From: Dermatophilaceae bacterium
GTDB lineage: Bacteria; Actinomycetota; Actinomycetes; Actinomycetales; Dermatophilaceae
Length of the DNA: 48,812 nt
Assembly (NCBI GenBank): GCA_036771895.1
Contig: DAIPGK010000001.1
Location: 1-48,812, forward strand
Reading direction: 5' to 3'
Both the position numbers and the translations under genes were made by a program. Positions 7,805 through 17,280 of this stretch are shown piece by piece. The first letter of the stretch is position 1, and each line of letters opens with the position of its first letter. The notes beneath the pieces were generated by a model, which worked only from the letters and a program-made list of their open reading frames with translations, had not been told where the DNA came from and made no database searches.

Positions 7805-9274
7805 CCGTCTCCGCGGCAGTCCGAGTGCGGTGAGCGCGGCGCCGGAGAGCATGATCGCGGCGCAGATCAGCAGCGCGTTCCGATAGGCGGGCGCGAGGCT
7901 GGCAGGGTCGGCATACTCGTTGCCGCTCAGTCCGACGATCACCGGAAGGGCGGCGACGGCCATCAGCCCGGCAGTTCGGGCGACCGCGTTGTTGACCCCG
8001 CTCGCCGTCCCGGCTAGCTCGTCGGGCGCGGCAGCAAGGACGGTGCCGGTCAGCGGTGCGACGGTCATCGCGAGCCCGAACCCCAGGAGAGTGACCCCGG
8101 GCAGGACGCTCAGGACGTATGACGGGTGGCTGGGTGAGAGCGACAGGAGCACGAGTCCCGTTGCTGCGGTGAGGGGTCCGCCGATGATCAGCGGTCGGGC
8201 ACCGATCCTGGTGGCCAGGGTGCCGAAGCGGCTCGCGAGCAGGAGCATGACCACGCTGAGCGGCACGGCTGCGGCACCGGCCCGAAGCGCCGTCCACCCC
8301 GAGACGACCTGCAGGAAGAGCACCAGGAAGAGGAACGTTCCGGACAGCGCCGCATAGATCGCGAAGGTCACGACGTTGATGACGCTGAAGTTGCGCGAGG
8401 CGAACAGCATGGTTGGCAGCATCGGGTGACGCGAGCGTCGTTCGGTGAGGATGAACGCGACCAAGCCAAGCACCCCGCCTCCACCGGCGGCGACCGTAAG
8501 GGCGTCGAGCCCGTGACCCGGCAAGGCGGTCAGCGCGTAGGTCACGCCGGCCAGCCCCAGGGCGCCGAGCAGCACTCCCGGGACGTCAATGTGGTGGCTG
8601 GCAACAGGATTTCGCGACTCGGGCACGTTTCGAGCGGCCAAGGCGATGACCACGACGCAGAGTGGGGCGTTGACCCAGAACACCCAACGCCAGTCGTAGC
8701 CGACGAGCCATCCGCCGACCAGGGGACCCGACGCGGCGGCGATGCTCAGAGAGCCCGTCCACACCCCGATGGCGCGCATCCGGTCAGCCGGGCAAAAGGA
8801 TGACTGCAGGATAGCCAGGCTCCCCGGAGTCAACAGCGCGGCCGCGACGCCCTGCAGCGCTCTGGCCCCGACAAGGGTCGCGATGTTGGGGCTCAGCGCG
8901 GACAGCATTGAGGCCACCGCGAACCCGGCGACCCCCCAGATGTAGACCCGGCGGCGACCGAAGCGGTCACCCAGGGATCCACCAAGCAGGATCAGCGCCG
9001 CCAGGGTCAGGGCGTAGGCGCTGATGACCCACTGCACGCCGGTCAGATCGGCGCCCAGGTCGCGTCCGATCGTGGGTAGGGCGACATTGACGATCGTGCT
9101 GTCCAGGAGGGCGACGCCACTGCCCAGAACCGTGGTGAGCACGACGAGACGACCGCGCGGATCGTTGACCCGCAACACCGCTGGTCCCGGTATGGCGGGT
9201 CCTGGTGCGTCAGGTGCTGATGCGCAGGGCCCAGGCGCAGGGATCCCCCCACTGATTCTGTTCGGCTCTCTCAC
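7778..9274 (-). CDS. MFS transporter, DHA2 (EmrB/QacA-like, 14-TMS) family
   Basis: ORF 7778..9325 (TTG). Preferred start is GTG 9274, preceded by CAGGAGG; GTG 9178 is also possible. LDSTIVNVALPTIGRDLG signature and many TM segments. Confidence 0.8.
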   Translation of the reverse strand: MREPNRISGGIPAPGPCASAPDAPGPAIPGPAVLRVNDPRGRLVVLTTVLGSGVALLDSTIVNVALPTIGRDLGADLTGVQWVISAYALTLAALILLGGSLGDRFGRRRVYIWGVAGFAVASMLSALSPNIATLVGARALQGVAAALLTPGSLAILQSSFCPADRMRAIGVWTGSLSIAAASGPLVGGWLVGYDWRWVFWVNAPLCVVVIALAARNVPESRNPVASHHIDVPGVLLGALGLAGVTYALTALPGHGLDALTVAAGGGGVLGLVAFILTERRSRHPMLPTMLFASRNFSVINVVTFAIYAALSGTFLFLVLFLQVVSGWTALRAGAAAVPLSVVMLLLASRFGTLATRIGARPLIIGGPLTAATGLVLLSLSPSHPSYVLSVLPGVTLLGFGLAMTVAPLTGTVLAAAPDELAGTASGVNNAVARTAGLMAVAALPVIVGLSGNEYADPASLAPAYRNALLICAAIMLSGAALTALGLPRRREMPAVATG

Positions 9275-9347
9275 CAAGTGAACCTCCTGACCACGAATGA
9301 TCGGACCTCTCGGGTGTGATGACAAGGTTCTGAGCGAGAATTAGCGC

Positions 9348-10208
9348 GTGCCTGAGCTCCCCGAGGTCCAAGCGCTCGTCGACTTCCTGCGCGAGCGCAC
9401 GGACGGCCTGGCCATCGTTGGCATCGAGCTCGGGTCGATCAGCGTCCTGAAAACCTATGACCCGGGACCCACGGCGCTGCACGGCCTGCCCATCAGCAAC
9501 GTCACCCGCCACGGCAAGTTCATCGACGTCGAGGCCGAGGGGCTGCACCTGGTGTTCCACCTGGCCCGGGCCGGCTGGCTGCGTTGGTCCGACGCCCTGG
9601 CCGCCACCACGATCCGGCCGGGCAAGTCGCCCATTGCGTTGCGCTGCCGGCTCTCTGACGGGAGCGGATTCGACCTGACCGAGGCCGGCACGCAGAAGCG
9701 GCTCGCGGCATACATCGTGCGCGACCCTGCACAGGTGCCGGGGATCGCGCACCTGGGACCTGATCCGATGACCGAGGACTTCACGGCGGCCGACTTCGCG
9801 GCACTGCTCGAGGGCCGGCGAACGCAGGTCAAGGGGTTGCTGAAGGACCAGGGATTCCTGGCGGGCGTGGGCAACGCCTACTCCGACGAGGTGCTGCACG
9901 CCGCGCGGATCTCACCGTTTGCGCTGGGCTCCAGCTTGGACGAAGAACAGATTCAGCGGCTGTATGCCGCGTTGCGCGGCACGCTGGCCAATGCGGTCAG
10001 CGCCGCATCGGGCAAGCCGGCCAAGGAGCTGAAGGATGCGAAGCGTGCCGGGATGCGGGTGCATGGACGCACAGGTCAGGCGTGCCCGGTCTGTGGCGAC
10101 GTGGTGCGCGAGGTGTCGTTCGCCGACTCGTCCCTGCAGTACTGCGCCACCTGTCAGACCGGCGGCAAGCCGCTCGCCGACCGGCGGATGTCGCGGCTGC
10201 TGAAATGA
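9348..10208 (+). CDS. Fpg/Nei-family DNA glycosylase/AP lyase
   Basis: N-terminal MPELPEV and C-terminal zinc finger CPVCG...CATCQ. Confidence 0.9.
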   Translation: MPELPEVQALVDFLRERTDGLAIVGIELGSISVLKTYDPGPTALHGLPISNVTRHGKFIDVEAEGLHLVFHLARAGWLRWSDALAATTIRPGKSPIALRCRLSDGSGFDLTEAGTQKRLAAYIVRDPAQVPGIAHLGPDPMTEDFTAADFAALLEGRRTQVKGLLKDQGFLAGVGNAYSDEVLHAARISPFALGSSLDEEQIQRLYAALRGTLANAVSAASGKPAKELKDAKRAGMRVHGRTGQACPVCGDVVREVSFADSSLQYCATCQTGGKPLADRRMSRLLK

Positions 10209-10293
10209 CCCCCCTCATCTCCGCTTGTTGCGCCGAAACCACGCAATGGCGCCTCGCGAAGGGGCAAAACGGTGGGTTAGCGGCAACAAGCGC
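10209..10293 (+). repeat. dispersed ~85-nt imperfect-palindrome element, copy A
   Basis: C-rich tract, then arms GCTTGTTGCGCCGAAACCAC (10223-10242) and GTGGGTTAGCGGCAACAAGC (10272-10291). Aligns over its length with the reverse complement of 25730-25815. Begins 1 nt after the Fpg/Nei stop. Confidence 0.75.
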
Positions 10294-10417
10294 ATATGGG
10301 TGCGGCGGCTGGGCGCGGGGCAGCAAGGGCAGGCCAGTGCTGTCAGAGGGATGCGACACGATTGGCGTGTCTCGGTATGTCTCAGGGAAACGCGATACAG
10401 CCGGATAGCCTGCGATC

Positions 10418-11635
10418 GTGGACCCGATCCGTAATCCCTATGCCCCCGGCGCAGGCCAGCGCCCGCCCGAGCTCGCCGGTCGAGACGACCAGCTGCGAGC
10501 CTTCAGCGTGGTGCTCGAGCGCGTTGCCAGATCCAAACCGGAGCGCTCCATCGTCCTGACCGGACTGCGCGGGGTGGGCAAGACAGTCCTGCTCAATGCG
10601 CTGCGGTCAGCGGCAGTTCGCGCGCACTGGGGCACCGGCAAGCTCGAGGCGCGTCCCGACCAACGGCTTCGCCGACCCATCAGCGCCGCCCTGCACGTCG
10701 CGGTGCGCGAGCTCGGCCATCCCCAGAGCGACGACGTCGACCAGGTCCTCGGCGTGATCAAGGCGTTCGCCCAGCGCGAGGCGGCCCCGAACGCGAGGAT
10801 TCGTGATCGCTGGAACCCGGGAATCGACGTGGCCGCGGTAAGGGGCCGGGCCGACTCCGGGGACATCGAGATCGACCTGGTCGAGCTGTTGACCGATGTC
10901 GGAGGGCTTGCCGCAGATGTCGGCAGAGGTGTGGCGATCTTCATCGACGAGATGCAGGACCTGGAGCCCGACGACATCTCCGCCTTGTGCGCCGCCTGCC
11001 ACGAGATCAGCCAGAGCGGCCTGCCGGTCATCGTCGTGGGAGCCGGACTGCCCCACCTGCCGGCGGTGCTGAGCGCCAGCAAGTCCTACAGCGAGCGACT
11101 GTTCAAGTACTCACGCATAGACAGGCTCGACCGGTCCTCCGCGGACCTGGCGCTGCAGTCACCGGCCAAGGATGAGGGCGCAGAGTTTCACGAGGAGGCT
11201 CTTGAGGCGTTGTATGCCGCGACCGGGGGTTATCCGTACTTCATCCAGGCCTACGGCAAGGTCGCCTGGGACAGCGCGCCCACCTCGCCAATCACCGCGG
11301 AGGACATCCGGGTGGCCGCACCGGAGGCCGAGGCCGAGCTTGCCGTGGGGTTCTTCGGGTCGCGGTACGAACGGGCCACTCCCGGCGAGCGGGAGTACCT
11401 GCGTGCGATGGCCGATGCGGCCCAGATCGCCGCGCGGGACCAAGATGGCCCCGGCCTGGACGACAGCGAGTCGGTGACGACCGCGTCGGTGGCAGCGGTT
11501 CTGGACCGCAAGCCACAGTCCCTTTCAGTGGCCCGCGACGCCTTGCTCAAGAAGGGCCTGATCTACAGCGGTGAGCGTGGTCGGATCGCCTTCACCGTCC
11601 CGCACTTCGGCCGGTACCTGCGCGCGACCGGTTGA
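10418..11635 (+). CDS. P-loop ATPase (ORC/Cdc6-like or archaeal-ATPase-like AAA) with C-terminal winged-helix region
   Basis: GTG start. Walker A GLRGVGKT and Walker B AIFIDEMQD. 405 aa. Confidence 0.8.
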   Translation: MDPIRNPYAPGAGQRPPELAGRDDQLRAFSVVLERVARSKPERSIVLTGLRGVGKTVLLNALRSAAVRAHWGTGKLEARPDQRLRRPISAALHVAVRELGHPQSDDVDQVLGVIKAFAQREAAPNARIRDRWNPGIDVAAVRGRADSGDIEIDLVELLTDVGGLAADVGRGVAIFIDEMQDLEPDDISALCAACHEISQSGLPVIVVGAGLPHLPAVLSASKSYSERLFKYSRIDRLDRSSADLALQSPAKDEGAEFHEEALEALYAATGGYPYFIQAYGKVAWDSAPTSPITAEDIRVAAPEAEAELAVGFFGSRYERATPGEREYLRAMADAAQIAARDQDGPGLDDSESVTTASVAAVLDRKPQSLSVARDALLKKGLIYSGERGRIAFTVPHFGRYLRATG

Positions 11636-12198
11636 TTCGTCCTCCACTGGACAACCAGGCACAGCCAGCACAAACTGCAATGGTGACCACGTTGCAAGGA
11701 GGCGGACGGACAGAGCCTGATGCCGAGCCGGAGTCCGCGTCTGAAGACTTCACGGAGATGCGTCGCCGTCGGGCCGAGCTGCTTGAGTCGATCAACGCAC
11801 TTGAGCAGGCGCTCGCTGCGCCGGGACAGCAGATGCGTTGGGTTGAACGGGTTTCCGTCGCTCTGTTGGAGCTGACGGGCGACTTCCGCGACCACGTGGA
11901 GCTCACCGAGGGACCGGTCGGCCTCTACAGCCGGGTGCTTCGCACGTCGCCTCGGCTGGCCCACGAAGTCGATCGGCTGACCTTGGAACACGTCAAGCTG
12001 GCCCAGCTCGTGGAAGAGCTCCTCGCCGTGGTGGGCCAGGGGGCCAAGTCGTCCGAGCCGCATGAGAAGTTGCTCGACGATCCGACCAAGATTCGCGAAC
12101 GCGGCACCAAGCTCCTGGGTGCCCTGGTCCGCCACCGTCAGCGTGGCGCCGACCTCATGTACGAGGCATATTCGGTGGACATCGGCGGCCAGGACTGA
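11632..12198 (+). CDS. hypothetical helical protein (possibly hemerythrin-like four-helix bundle)
   Basis: 188-aa ORF whose TTG start overlaps the ATPase stop (TTGA); ATG 11680 is an alternative start. Heptad-like helical sequence with H/E-rich motifs (DHVELTE, AHEVD, LEHV). Confidence 0.55.
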   Translation: MIRPPLDNQAQPAQTAMVTTLQGGGRTEPDAEPESASEDFTEMRRRRAELLESINALEQALAAPGQQMRWVERVSVALLELTGDFRDHVELTEGPVGLYSRVLRTSPRLAHEVDRLTLEHVKLAQLVEELLAVVGQGAKSSEPHEKLLDDPTKIRERGTKLLGALVRHRQRGADLMYEAYSVDIGGQD

Positions 12199-12394
12199 GC
12201 TGGGACCCGTTTTGTCCGGACGTCAAGTCTGTCTGGTGCGTCACGTCCGCCTGTCGATGTGCCGTCCGTGTCCCCTTGACCCGCTAGACTCATGGCAGCG
12301 GTCCGGACTGTTCTGCCTCGGATTTGCTTCTTCATGTCGATAGCCACGCGCCGCAACCACATGGTCTGCGCCGGGCAGAACGACTCTCTGACGT

Positions 12395-13951
12395 ATGGAG
12401 TACCTACCTGTGTCGTCTGACACCACTTTCGCCAGCCTTGGCGTGCCCGCTTCCCTGACCACCGTTCTTGCGGCGGCAGGCATCACCATCCCGACTCCGA
12501 TCCAGGCTGCGACGCTGCCCGACTCCCTTGCGGGTCGTGACGTGCTCGGCCGTGGCCGCACCGGCTCGGGTAAGACCTACGGCTTCCTGCTCCCCATGCT
12601 CACCAGACTGGCCGCGAGCAAGACCACTCGCCAGTCGCGCAAGCCACGGGCGCTGATCATGGCGCCGACCCGCGAGCTGGTGAACCAGATCGCTGCCGCC
12701 ATGACCCCACTGGCCAAGCCGCTGGGGATCAACAGCCTCACCATCTTTGGTGGCGTCGGTCAGAATCCCCAGGTCAGCGGCCTTCGCAGCGGTGTCGACG
12801 TCGTCGTCGCCTGCCCCGGACGGCTCGAGGACCTCCTCGGTCAGGGCGCACTGACCCTGGACGCCATCGAGATCACCATTCTGGACGAGGCCGATCACAT
12901 GGCCGACCTGGGCTTCCTGCCGGTCGTTCGCCGCATCATGGACCGCACCCCCCGGACCGGTCAGCGGATGCTGTTCTCGGCCACGCTGGACGCCGGCGTC
13001 GACGTGATCGTCAAGCGCTTCCTCACCAATCCCGTGACTCACAGCGCTGACTCGGCCCAGTCGCCGATCTCGACGATGTCGCACCACGTGTTTCATGTGC
13101 GTCACGAAGGCCGCCTTCCGGTGCTGGTCGACCTCACGTCGGCTCCGGGCCGCACGATGGTCTTCACTCGCACCAAGCACGGTGCCAAGAAGCTCTCAAA
13201 GCAGCTCAACGCCTCCGGCATCCCGACAGTCGAGCTCCACGGCAACCTCTCCCAGAACGCTCGCACCCGCAACATGGACGCGTTCCATGCGGGCGCGGCA
13301 AGCACGCTGGTCGCCACTGACATCGCGGCTCGAGGCATCCACGTCGACGACGTGGCGCTGGTCATCCACGCCGATCCGCCGGTCGAGCACAAGGCATACC
13401 TGCACCGCTCCGGTCGCACCGCCCGGGCCGGCGCCGAGGGCATCGTCATCACGTTGATGACCGACGACCAGGTCTCTGACGTCCGCGACCTCACCCGCAA
13501 GGCCGGCATCAAGGCGACGACGACTCGTGTCGACGCCGCCCATCCACTGCTCAAACAGCTCGCCCCCGGTGATCGCACCTTCAGCGAGCCCCTCGTACTG
13601 ACCCCGGACGAGGGCAACGGCTCCCGGCGTACCGGTGGCGGCCGTCCCGGTGGCGGCCGCTCGGGTGCTGCGCGTTCCGGCGGAACCCGTTCCAATGGTG
13701 GCGGGGCAACCGGCGGTCGAGGAGGCGCGCCCCGTAACGGTTCTGGCCGCAATACGGCTTCTGGCGCTGGATCCTCGCGCGGCGGATCAGCCGGTGGCAC
13801 GACACAGCGCTCCTCGGGCGCCAAGCGATCATCGTCGCAGGGTGGCAGCCGTTCCGGCGGCCAGGGCGGTTCGTCGTCGGTCTACTCGACGTCCTCGTCG
13901 CGTGGTGGCGCTGCAGCGTTCTCCGCCGGCTCCAGCCTCGGCAACCGCTGA
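12395..13951 (+). CDS. DEAD-box ATP-dependent RNA helicase with Gly/Ser/Arg-rich C-terminal tail
   Basis: Q-motif TPIQ, GRTGSGKT, DEAD (LDEADHM), SAT and HRSGRTARAG. About 110-aa low-complexity G/S/R tail. Confidence 0.9.
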   Translation: MEYLPVSSDTTFASLGVPASLTTVLAAAGITIPTPIQAATLPDSLAGRDVLGRGRTGSGKTYGFLLPMLTRLAASKTTRQSRKPRALIMAPTRELVNQIAAAMTPLAKPLGINSLTIFGGVGQNPQVSGLRSGVDVVVACPGRLEDLLGQGALTLDAIEITILDEADHMADLGFLPVVRRIMDRTPRTGQRMLFSATLDAGVDVIVKRFLTNPVTHSADSAQSPISTMSHHVFHVRHEGRLPVLVDLTSAPGRTMVFTRTKHGAKKLSKQLNASGIPTVELHGNLSQNARTRNMDAFHAGAASTLVATDIAARGIHVDDVALVIHADPPVEHKAYLHRSGRTARAGAEGIVITLMTDDQVSDVRDLTRKAGIKATTTRVDAAHPLLKQLAPGDRTFSEPLVLTPDEGNGSRRTGGGRPGGGRSGAARSGGTRSNGGGATGGRGGAPRNGSGRNTASGAGSSRGGSAGGTTQRSSGAKRSSSQGGSRSGGQGGSSSVYSTSSSRGGAAAFSAGSSLGNR

Positions 13952-13953
13952 CC

Positions 13954-15021
13954 TCAACCGGCGGTTGCCACAGCCCAGTGGCGACCGCCGGTGAACAGAA
14001 GAGCGACCTCTGCCGCGTCGACGTCCTCCAGTGACCGATGGGACCAGCGCGGCGCGTTGTCGCGGTCGACGAGCAGCGCGCGCACGCCCTCGACGAAGTC
14101 GGCCGAGTCCGCCAACCCGCCGCCCAGCATCAGGTCCTGCTCAAGCACCTGCGCCAGGGTGTTCATCCGGCCGGCTCTGCGGATGGCTTCCAGGGCAGTT
14201 GAGACCGCCAGCGGCGAGCGGCTCGCCAGGACGTCGGCACCTTGTTGGGCGCCGGGGGTCGGATGTCCCCGGAGGGCCCGCAGAATGGTGACGGGATCGT
14301 TCCCGGCGTAGCAGGAGTCGATCCAGTCCCTTTGTGCGCCAAGGTCGCCCACGGCCGAGGTGTTGCCGACGCCGGCGTCCAACGACTCACCGGCAGCTAG
14401 GCGGGCGATGATCCGGGAGATGTCCGCGCTGGCGACCAGGGCATCGGCCAGCCCGGCGCTGACGGCGTCTGCTCCGCCGACCGGGAGTCCGGTCAGGGCC
14501 AGGTGAGTTCCTATCTCACCCGGCGCGCGGGACAGCAGGAACAGCGAGCCGACGTCAGGGGAGAAGCCGATGGTCGTCTCGGGCATGGCGACCCGTGAAC
14601 GCTCAGTGACCAGTCGCAGACTCCCGTGGGCCGAGATGCCGACCCCACCGCCCATGACGATGCCGTCCATGAACGCCACAAAGGGTTTGGGGTAGCTGTC
14701 GATCGCCGCGTTCAGCCGGTATTCGTCGGCCCAGAACCGAAGCGCGCCCGCTGACCCCGCCAGGAGGGCCGTGCGCAGGGCCCGGACGTCGCCACCGGCA
14801 CACAGACCGCGCTCGCCGGCGCCCTGGATCGAGACCGCGAACACGGCGTCGTCCACGGCCCAGTCCTGCAGCTGCGCCAGGACCGAGGAGACCATGGGGT
14901 CGTTCAGGACGTTGATGACCTTGGGACGGTTGAGCAGGATCCGCCCCAGGTGGCCGTCCCGCGCATACAGCACCTCGTCGGTCATCCCCGGCCTGGCCGC
15001 AAACTCAACGTCGTCGCTCAC
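13954..15021 (-). CDS. enoyl-CoA hydratase/isomerase family, 3-hydroxyisobutyryl-CoA hydrolase-like
   Basis: 355-aa ORF. GRILLNRPKVINVLN, CAGGDVRAL and FMDGIVMGGGVG motifs. Alternative start at ATG 14985. Confidence 0.8.
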   Translation of the reverse strand: MSDDVEFAARPGMTDEVLYARDGHLGRILLNRPKVINVLNDPMVSSVLAQLQDWAVDDAVFAVSIQGAGERGLCAGGDVRALRTALLAGSAGALRFWADEYRLNAAIDSYPKPFVAFMDGIVMGGGVGISAHGSLRLVTERSRVAMPETTIGFSPDVGSLFLLSRAPGEIGTHLALTGLPVGGADAVSAGLADALVASADISRIIARLAAGESLDAGVGNTSAVGDLGAQRDWIDSCYAGNDPVTILRALRGHPTPGAQQGADVLASRSPLAVSTALEAIRRAGRMNTLAQVLEQDLMLGGGLADSADFVEGVRALLVDRDNAPRWSHRSLEDVDAAEVALLFTGGRHWAVATAG

Positions 15022-15074
15022 CGCGCGATCCTGTCATGCTGTCGAACGGCTCGGTTGAGTGGTTGAGTCCTGGT

Positions 15075-15734
15075 TCAGGGGCTGGACTCCAGCGCGAGGA
15101 GGTACTCCTTGGCCGCCAGCCCACCGGCATACCCGGTGAGGGCGCCCGAGGAGGCGACCACTCGGTGGCACGGCAGGACGACGCACAGCGGGTTCGCGCC
15201 CAGGGCCGCACCAACCGCACGGGAAGCAGTGGGACGTTCGATGTCCTTGGCAATTGCGCCGTATGTCGTCCGGTGGCCGTAGGCGACCGCGTCCACCAGT
15301 CGCCCGAGGACGATCTGCTGGAAGGGCGTGGCCAGGACCAGGTCAGTGGGCAGGTCGAAAGCTCTGCGCCTGCCGCCAAGGTAGGCATCCAGCTCACGAC
15401 GCGCCACGTCCAGGGCGCTTGGGGCACGCAGCACGCGGGGCGAGACCTGTCGTGCCAGACGCTGCAGCCAGGCGTCCTCGGCATCGACGTCCCGGACGAA
15501 TGCCGACGCGATCAGGGCGCCAGAACTGTTGCGGGCCAACAGCATTCGCCCAATGGCGGTGTCCTCGACGACGTAGGACACGTCCGAGAGGGGCAGGTTG
15601 GGCCGCATCATCGGCGGGGCGAACGCCGACAGCCGTGCGGCCACGGCGTGTTCGGCCACGCTCTGTTCGGACGGGCCCTGTTCGGACGGGCCCTGTTCGG
15701 ACGGGCTCTGTTCGGACACGGTGTGTTCGGACAT
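15075..15734 (-). CDS. ogt: methylated-DNA--protein-cysteine methyltransferase (Ogt/MGMT) with repeat-bearing N-terminus
   Basis: Active site PCHRVV and a TYGAIAKDI HTH-like segment. Start is ATG 15734, or ATG 15746 overlapping the sigma gene stop. Confidence 0.85.
   Translation of the reverse strand: MSEHTVSEQSPSEQGPSEQGPSEQSVAEHAVAARLSAFAPPMMRPNLPLSDVSYVVEDTAIGRMLLARNSSGALIASAFVRDVDAEDAWLQRLARQVSPRVLRAPSALDVARRELDAYLGGRRRAFDLPTDLVLATPFQQIVLGRLVDAVAYGHRTTYGAIAKDIERPTASRAVGAALGANPLCVVLPCHRVVASSGALTGYAGGLAAKEYLLALESSP
15648..15734. repeat. 15-bp tandem repeat, about 6 copies (CTGTTCGGACGGGCC)
   Basis: Units at 15648, 15663, 15678, 15693, 15708 and 15723. Encodes S-E-Q-G/S-P pentapeptides at the Ogt N-terminus. 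Confidence 0.9.
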
Positions 15735-15735
15735 G

Positions 15736-16236
15736 TCAGATCTCATTTCTGGAGATGGCGAGTCTCAAGGTGGCGAGAGCATCACTGACGAGCCGCCGGC
15801 TCATGGCCGGCGTCGTGCCAAGCGCTTTGGCGATGCTGGGATGGTCGAGGTCGACCACGTACTTCAGGACGACGGCATGGCGTTGGCGCTCGGGCAGATC
15901 CGCCACATGGGACCACAGGCTCTCATCGGGACGATCCCGCTCCGGCCCCTTCACCACCGCTCGGCCCGAGACCTCACCGATCAGGGCGATGTCCTGTGCT
16001 GGCACCGCGCGTCGGCCTCGGGAAAGATGAACGTCCATCGCGCAGTGGGACGTGATCGTCAGCAACCAGCCCCGCAGATTCGTGCTCGAGCGCACTCTCG
16101 GATAGGCCGCGAGCGCCTGGGTCCAGGCCTGCTGTGCCACGTCGTCACCGTCAACCGGGCCCGCCAGGGCATGGGCCAGCCGAGCAACGTCGCGCCAGTG
16201 GGCGTCGACCAGATGTTGAAAGGGAGGCAGTGTCAC
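15736..16236 (-). CDS. sigma-70 family (ECF-type) RNA polymerase sigma factor
   Basis: Region 2 (DDVAQQAW...RGWLLTI) and region 4 (LPERQRHAVVLKYVVDL...IAKALG). Directly upstream of ogt. Confidence 0.85.
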   Translation of the reverse strand: MTLPPFQHLVDAHWRDVARLAHALAGPVDGDDVAQQAWTQALAAYPRVRSSTNLRGWLLTITSHCAMDVHLSRGRRAVPAQDIALIGEVSGRAVVKGPERDRPDESLWSHVADLPERQRHAVVLKYVVDLDHPSIAKALGTTPAMSRRLVSDALATLRLAISRNEI

Positions 16237-16400
16237 AGGGGTTCAACGTTTCCGGGGGCTGGGGTGTGAGGCCTGCGCTGATGGGCGGGGACGTGCCGGG
16301 CGGTGCCGGACGATGCCTTGACGGTATCCGTGCACTGACGTTGAGTCGCCCGGCAGGTTCGAGCCATGGGTGACACGATGGCTTCGTGCGAGAAGCAGTC

Positions 16401-17213
16401 ATGCCCACCGCCGACCGGACCCCGCAGATCATCGCCCACCGGGGATCCAGCCGGGACCTGCCCGAGCAGACGCTCAAGGCCTACGTTCGTGCGATCGCCG
16501 AAGGTGCCGACGCTCTCGAGTGTGACGTGCGGCTTACCGCCGACTCGCACCTGGTCTGCGTCCACGACCGCAGGGTCGACCGGACCTCAAACGGCAAGGG
16601 CCCGGTCTCCACGCTGGAGCTTGCCACCCTCGAGGGCCTGGACTTCGGCTCATGGAGGCGGGCTCACAGCTCCGAGGTGGAGATGCCTGATGCGGACCGC
16701 GAGCGGGACATGCTCCTGACGCTGCGCCGCCTGATCGACACGGTGATGAACTGTGGTCGAGAGGTCGGGCTGGTGATCGAGACGAAGCACCCCACCCGGT
16801 ACGCCGGTCAGGTCGAGCGCGAGCTGGCAACGGTTCTCAGCGAGTTCGGGCTCGACCGTGCGTATGTGCCGGGTCGTCCATATGTGCGCCTGATGTCCAC
16901 CTCGCAAGTGGCGATAACCCGGATGCGACAGCTCTGCCCGCAGGTGCCGCTGGTCTATGTCATGAGGGAGAACGTGCCCCTCAGGTTCCGCGACGGGTCC
17001 CTGCCCAGGGGGGCGCGGATCGCCGGGCTGGACAAGGAGATCATTCGGCGCTGGCCCAAGACAGTGCAGAGACAGCACGATCGCGGTCACCAGGTCTATG
17101 CATGGACCGTGGATCACGAGGACGACATCGACCGGTGTCTCGAGCTGGGAGTCGACGCAATCATCTCGAACCGTCCGGCTTTTATCCGCGACTACGTCTT
17201 CGGCAAGGACTAA
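16401..17213 (+). CDS. glycerophosphodiester phosphodiesterase
   Basis: IAHRGSS...PEQTL...ECDVRLT motifs. ATG 16401 lies within ORF 16386..17213. Confidence 0.85.
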   Translation: MPTADRTPQIIAHRGSSRDLPEQTLKAYVRAIAEGADALECDVRLTADSHLVCVHDRRVDRTSNGKGPVSTLELATLEGLDFGSWRRAHSSEVEMPDADRERDMLLTLRRLIDTVMNCGREVGLVIETKHPTRYAGQVERELATVLSEFGLDRAYVPGRPYVRLMSTSQVAITRMRQLCPQVPLVYVMRENVPLRFRDGSLPRGARIAGLDKEIIRRWPKTVQRQHDRGHQVYAWTVDHEDDIDRCLELGVDAIISNRPAFIRDYVFGKD

Positions 17214-17280
17214 TGTCACGAGCAGACCGGACAAAATCGCCGGGGCACGAACAACACGGTGTCGAGCAGGGAGGGCGAGG

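Noticed and set aside
12199-12394. Structured 5-prime UTR or promoter of the DEAD-box helicase gene (TTGACC and TAGACT hexamers, two GTCCGGAC palindromes)
   Set aside because: The hexamer spacing does not fit a sigma-70-type promoter, and I could not define a convincing conserved structure from one sequence.
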